Shown here: positions 60,066 to 64,000 of the stretch, piece after piece
Position numbering within the stretch: the first letter of the stretch is position 1
Layout: every line of letters starts with the position of its first letter
Source of the DNA: Dehalococcoidia bacterium
GTDB lineage: Bacteria; Chloroflexota; Dehalococcoidia; GIF9; UBA5629
Assembly (NCBI GenBank): GCA_050011565.1
Contig: JBEKIW010000004.1
Location: forward strand, 96,001 to 160,000
Length of the DNA stretch: 64,000 nt
Direction: 5' to 3'
Notes under the pieces: model-generated
The model's database searches: none
What the model was told of the DNA's origin: nothing
Seen by the model: the letters and a program-made list of their open reading frames with translations, nothing else
Program-made: the position numbers and the translations under genes

Positions 60066-60268
60066 TGATAGATTTGCAAGGTTTCACAAATGTTCGCGAT
60101 GCTGCCAGGCAGATTGGCATACACGAGGAATCGCTACGGCGGCTTCTGAGGCAGGGGAGTCCGTCCGGGGAGAAAATAGGTGGCCAGTGGTTCATAAGCA
60201 AGGAGCAACTGGCTCTATTTGCTAACACATATAATGCCAAGACCGGTAAAAGAATGAAGCTTATATGA
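60066..60268 (+). CDS. Small MerR/excisionase-like (HTH_17, BldC-like) DNA-binding protein
   Basis: NVRDAARQIGIHEESLRRLLRQG...EKIGGQWFI. Confidence 0.8.
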
Positions 60269-60277
60269 AGGTGCGCT

Positions 60278-63200
60278 ATTAGCAGAAAAACTTACATCGG
60301 CAGTTTCAAAATAATTCTGTCCTTGGTATTGCTGTCCAGTTTGATATCTCTGGCTGACGTTAAACAAGTTTCGGCGAACCCGGGCACGCTATTGTGGACT
60401 ACCGTTGATACACCGAGCCTGCTGAATAACGTCATAGTCAGCCCATCGGAGATAAATTTTATTGCCATTGGCTCTGATGACAACACTTTTTATGCTGTGG
60501 ATATACCGGACTTCAATACTTCCGGTAGCCGCGGCAGATTATTTAAATCGAGAGATGGCGGTGTTACCTGGCCGAATGAACTGAGCGCCCAACTGATAGC
60601 CGCCGGTGCTTCTATGCCGGTCTGGAATATAGCCGTAGCTCCGGATGACGTGAACTTCCTTGTTGCCATAACCGATGGCAGCGTCCCGCCGCCCCTCGTC
60701 GGGCCAAAGCAGGTATATATCTCCATGGATGGTGGAGCCACTTGGCAGAATGCCAATTTCGCTGCTGCCGCTGGCGAATGGATTAGCTGTGTGGACATTT
60801 CTGTTATGTACGGTGGAACTAACCGTGATATTGCCATAGGCACCAGAACTGGCACCGGGGCGGGCAAAGTATACGTCAGAAAGTCCACTAGTTTCGGTGC
60901 CTGGGCAGACCAAGGTCTAGTGCCATCCGACGTGGTAGCGCTGAAGTTCTCGCCTGCGTATACCAGCGATTCCAGCCTGGTGGTTGTCTCATCGGACACA
61001 GGCACTTTTTTACGTGTTGGCTTCCGCGACACAGCAAATAACACTACCGACTGGGTTGCTTGGGGTGCGCCGGCAGAGATTAGCACTACAGGAATATCAC
61101 CTACAGCAGCGCAGATTATAACTGCTGACCTGGAGCTGCCGTCGGACTTCTCAGGGCAGGATGTTGCCTTGCGTCATTTTTATGTTAGCACCGACGCCAC
61201 TCCGAACGTTCTGGGCGGTGTTTACCGCGTTGACGATAATGTGCCCAACCTCATAAATCCACCAACCCCGGGCAGGATTTCCAGCATTGCTTATTTTGGC
61301 TCTACCACTGCAGGTACGCTTCTCGCAGGCGAAGTCACTGCTGGAGAACTTGCTCCTACTCCTTCTTCATATGGGGTTCATGTATGGCGGACTTCAAATC
61401 CTAACGTAACTGTAGGTACGCCTACATGGCTAAGTTCTGATGCCCGCAGGTCTCCAACTGGCGGCGCTGGTTCCGGTTTAGCCAACGCTCAAGTGTCCTC
61501 GAGCCCCGATGGGAGCAGGGCTTACTGTGGTACCAACTCGGCCTGTCTGGGTATATTTACCGTCCCAACTGGCGCAGTTGTTTGTTCAACGTGGCCTGAT
61601 GGCTACCTTAATGGAGTCGCACTTGATGAATCTGCCTTCTCGGTCAGCCCTTATTCGCTGGCTTATTCACAGCAGCTCGCTGCCTACAGCAAGACAGAAG
61701 ATACCGATATCGGCAAGATCTGGAACCAGCTTAGCCTTATAGATACTGAAATGGACTCACTCTCTGATGTTGCGGCTCTGGAAGCTCCCGAAACTGGTGA
61801 GAATCTAGCTCCCGTGGATTACAATGTACTCTATCTGTTTTCTATAAACGCGAACATACCTGTAAGTTTAAGTTTCGATAGCCTGTGGCGGAGCACCAGT
61901 GACCCGCTGGGCAGGACATGGGAGAGAGTATTGTGCATTGCCACCAGTGACACGGGCACAATACTCCGCGTTAAACAGACGTCTTACGAAGAAACGGATA
62001 GAAGCGACGTCATCGTTTTCGCCGACCTTGGTCCTGAGGTAGTCGGTATTTCCGCGAATGAGGGACAAGCATGGGACATTCGTAGTCTAACCACCGTAAC
62101 CGATTTAGCTCTAGCCAGCGATGCAATCATTTATGTTCTAAACAATACGGTCATATACAAGTATGAACGGGAAGGTACCAATTGGGTGTTTAAAAATAAG
62201 GTAAATACCGGTCTTGATGCTGGACATACTATAGCAGTACCGTTGAAAAACCCTTCAGGTGCAGACATAGTGCTGGTGGGTGAGGCTGGGACGCCTAACG
62301 GTTTGGGCAGGATAGCCTATGCCGATTTCTCCCAGCCTATTGTGACAGTCAATCCGCCTATATCCGAGCGAATAGCACCACCGATAGCCGGTGATGCACA
62401 TGTCATTTTCGATGATAAATATGAGCAGAATGGAATAATATACAATGCCACACGTGACCCCATCGGTGGGAACGGCAAGATCTACCGCTGGACTATTGGT
62501 AAAAGCACCGCCTGGAGTGAACTGGAGCCCCCAAACAGTGCTTTCTACGGTCTGGTTCAACGGAATGATGTTCTGTACGGGGCATGGAAAAAGCCAGAGG
62601 TTCCAGCAATTGCTGCTAATAGTGCCGGCGTTGACCGGACGCTTTATCCCCGACGTTTTGTGCCGCCACCTCCAGAATGGGATTACCTGACTGAGGGGCT
62701 TCTCGCCGGCGTCGGCGTCATTTTCACTCGTGAGCCTAGTTCACTTAAGATATCAAGCAATAAGTTCAACAGCTTGTGGGCAATTGATAACAACACCTAT
62801 AATTTTGCCAACAATACAGGTCGCCTCTGGGAATATACAGATACTTTAGCTAAAGTAGGACCATGGACAACCTCGCCAGCAAGTGGTGATTTCATTCCTG
62901 TTGACCCGGTGTCAGGTAGGGCTTTAGAGGTAAATTTCGCGTGGCGAAGCCTCAGCAATGCTTTGGCATATGAATTAGAGATAGCTAATGACAGCGATTT
63001 CACTATAGTAGTGTTGCGAAACGAGTATATTGTCCCGGTTGACTCGCTGTCGCCAGAAGTTTATTTCCCGGCTGGCGGACTGGTGCCCACACCTCTGTCT
63101 GGTATTGCCGCTTTTGGGAATCTTGAAGCTGGTCACACCTATTATTGGCGGGTCAGGGCAAGGACTACTGTTAATGGTGAAGCTACACGAAGCCCCTGGT

Positions 63201-64000
63201 CAGCGACGATGTATTTTACGGTAGGGGCTGGTTTGCCAATAGCGTCACGATATCCGACTATGACTTTATTCAGCCCTATGTATGGTGCTAAAAACGTATC
63301 CAATTCTCCGGCTTTTTCCTGGTCAGGAATGCCCGGAACCACCAAATACGAGTTTGTTCTGGCTAAAGATGCCGCCTTGCAAAAGGTGATAGTTAAAGTT
63401 GATGTACCTTCGACGTCATACCTTTACGATGGCAAGCTCGATTACAATACTGGCTATTATTGGCAGGTGCGTGCAATTGAGCCTGTGGTCAGCGACCCCA
63501 GCCCGATAGGCACCTTCACTGTGGTTGCTGAGCAGAAACCTGTAACGCCGGTAGTAGAAACACCCGCGCCGATACCTTCCTGGGTTTGGTGGATAATCGC
63601 CATATTTGCTGCTCTGGTGGTGGCTATAATTGCATTTACGATGGTAAAGCCCAGCTACGTGAGACCCGCCGGGGGCGGTAAGCTGTTTAAGATAGAACCT
63701 ATCTCTAAAGCCGAAAGCGGTAAGCTGGAAAAGGTAGAACCTCTCTTAGGCAAACCTAAGAACCCTATCGCTAAAATCTGGGGTTCCATAATCATGGCAA
63801 TCAGGCGATGGCGTTACTTGAGGAAGCGTGGTGACGGCGAGCCTGTGGAACCTATCTCTAAAGCCGAAGGCGGTAAGCTAGATAACGTGAAACCTATCGT
63901 TAACAAACTTAAGAGCCGTATCGCCAAAATCTGGGCGTCCATAACCATGGCAGTCAGGCGATGGGGAAACTTCAAGAGGCGTGCTGATACCGAGTCTGAG
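60278..64000 (+). CDS. Large Asp-box beta-propeller + FN3 cell-surface (S-layer-like) protein with a C-terminal TM helix and repeated cytoplasmic tail; runs off the window
   Basis: I translated 1241 stop-free codons. They contain a signal peptide, SRDGGVTW, SMDGGATW, DESAFS...WNQLSLIDT, LEAGHTYYWRVRA, YYWQVRA, and the TM segment WVWWIIAIFAALVVAIIAF. Absent from the ORF track because there is no stop in the window. Confidence 0.85.
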   Translation, partial: MSRKTYIGSFKIILSLVLLSSLISLADVKQVSANPGTLLWTTVDTPSLLNNVIVSPSEINFIAIGSDDNTFYAVDIPDFNTSGSRGRLFKSRDGGVTWPNELSAQLIAAGASMPVWNIAVAPDDVNFLVAITDGSVPPPLVGPKQVYISMDGGATWQNANFAAAAGEWISCVDISVMYGGTNRDIAIGTRTGTGAGKVYVRKSTSFGAWADQGLVPSDVVALKFSPAYTSDSSLVVVSSDTGTFLRVGFRDTANNTTDWVAWGAPAEISTTGISPTAAQIITADLELPSDFSGQDVALRHFYVSTDATPNVLGGVYRVDDNVPNLINPPTPGRISSIAYFGSTTAGTLLAGEVTAGELAPTPSSYGVHVWRTSNPNVTVGTPTWLSSDARRSPTGGAGSGLANAQVSSSPDGSRAYCGTNSACLGIFTVPTGAVVCSTWPDGYLNGVALDESAFSVSPYSLAYSQQLAAYSKTEDTDIGKIWNQLSLIDTEMDSLSDVAALEAPETGENLAPVDYNVLYLFSINANIPVSLSFDSLWRSTSDPLGRTWERVLCIATSDTGTILRVKQTSYEETDRSDVIVFADLGPEVVGISANEGQAWDIRSLTTVTDLALASDAIIYVLNNTVIYKYEREGTNWVFKNKVNTGLDAGHTIAVPLKNPSGADIVLVGEAGTPNGLGRIAYADFSQPIVTVNPPISERIAPPIAGDAHVIFDDKYEQNGIIYNATRDPIGGNGKIYRWTIGKSTAWSELEPPNSAFYGLVQRNDVLYGAWKKPEVPAIAANSAGVDRTLYPRRFVPPPPEWDYLTEGLLAGVGVIFTREPSSLKISSNKFNSLWAIDNNTYNFANNTGRLWEYTDTLAKVGPWTTSPASGDFIPVDPVSGRALEVNFAWRSLSNALAYELEIANDSDFTIVVLRNEYIVPVDSLSPEVYFPAGGLVPTPLSGIAAFGNLEAGHTYYWRVRARTTVNGEATRSPWSATMYFTVGAGLPIASRYPTMTLFSPMYGAKNVSNSPAFSWSGMPGTTKYEFVLAKDAALQKVIVKVDVPSTSYLYDGKLDYNTGYYWQVRAIEPVVSDPSPIGTFTVVAEQKPVTPVVETPAPIPSWVWWIIAIFAALVVAIIAFTMVKPSYVRPAGGGKLFKIEPISKAESGKLEKVEPLLGKPKNPIAKIWGSIIMAIRRWRYLRKRGDGEPVEPISKAEGGKLDNVKPIVNKLKSRIAKIWASITMAVRRWGNFKRRADTESE
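63695..64000 (+). repeat. 153-bp (51-aa) tandem repeat in the cytoplasmic tail
   Basis: gaacctatctctaaagccgaa occurs at 63695 and 63848. Confidence 0.85.

Noticed and set aside
60066-60268. Prophage or ICE excisionase
   Set aside because: No integrase, att site or phage genes nearby; it heads an operon with a surface protein.
60266-60268. Selenocysteine recoding of the in-frame TGA
   Set aside because: No evident SECIS-like hairpin follows, and a signal peptide directly downstream argues for a separate protein.
60292-63345. Short ORFs listed in the track in this interval
   Set aside because: They are shadows of the long plus-strand ORF 60278..>64000.

Overview
A chromosomal window that I infer comes from an anaerobic Chloroflexota bacterium of class Dehalococcoidia. 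The inference rests on a DET1407-like Asp-box/FN3 surface protein, a monoderm-type type IV pilus locus with no PilQ, and many lipoproteins. From left to right: (1) a carboxylic-acid uptake and activation region (thiolase fragment, a Liv-type ABC transporter split into two convergent halves, two acyl-CoA ligases, three PsbP-like domains); (2) an accessory stretch on the 3' side of tRNA-Pro(GGG) (truncated R-M methyltransferase, DUF362 Fe-S protein, M28 peptidase, PDZ-less HtrA, TM2 protein, serpin, DUF1353-like protein, CoA-transferase pair, REP-like repeats); (3) housekeeping genes (PrsA-like PPIase, hom, thrC, folE, a GT4-GT4-prenyltransferase-like/methyltransferase cluster, mntP, yjbQ, and pyrR-pyrB-pyrC-carB-pyrK with a PyrR attenuator); (4) a type IV pilus locus followed by an unterminated ~1240-codon surface protein gene that is missing from the ORF track. 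The best candidate for an undescribed system is at 53.5-60.3 kb. The pilus extension ATPase PilB carries two tandem, apparently inactive Mrr-like PD-(D/E)xK-fold domains where the c-di-GMP-binding MshEN_N module often sits. The same two-domain module forms the C-terminus of a nearby Zn-ribbon (TackOD1-like) protein. Between these genes lie four Roadblock/LC7 (MglB-like) paralogues, and the window encodes no MglA GTPase. A shared palindromic TAGKAC-N4-GTCCTA box lies upstream of promoters for the major pilin, two Roadblock genes and the TackOD1-like/HTH divergent pair. All family calls come from motif recognition by eye; no database searches were run.
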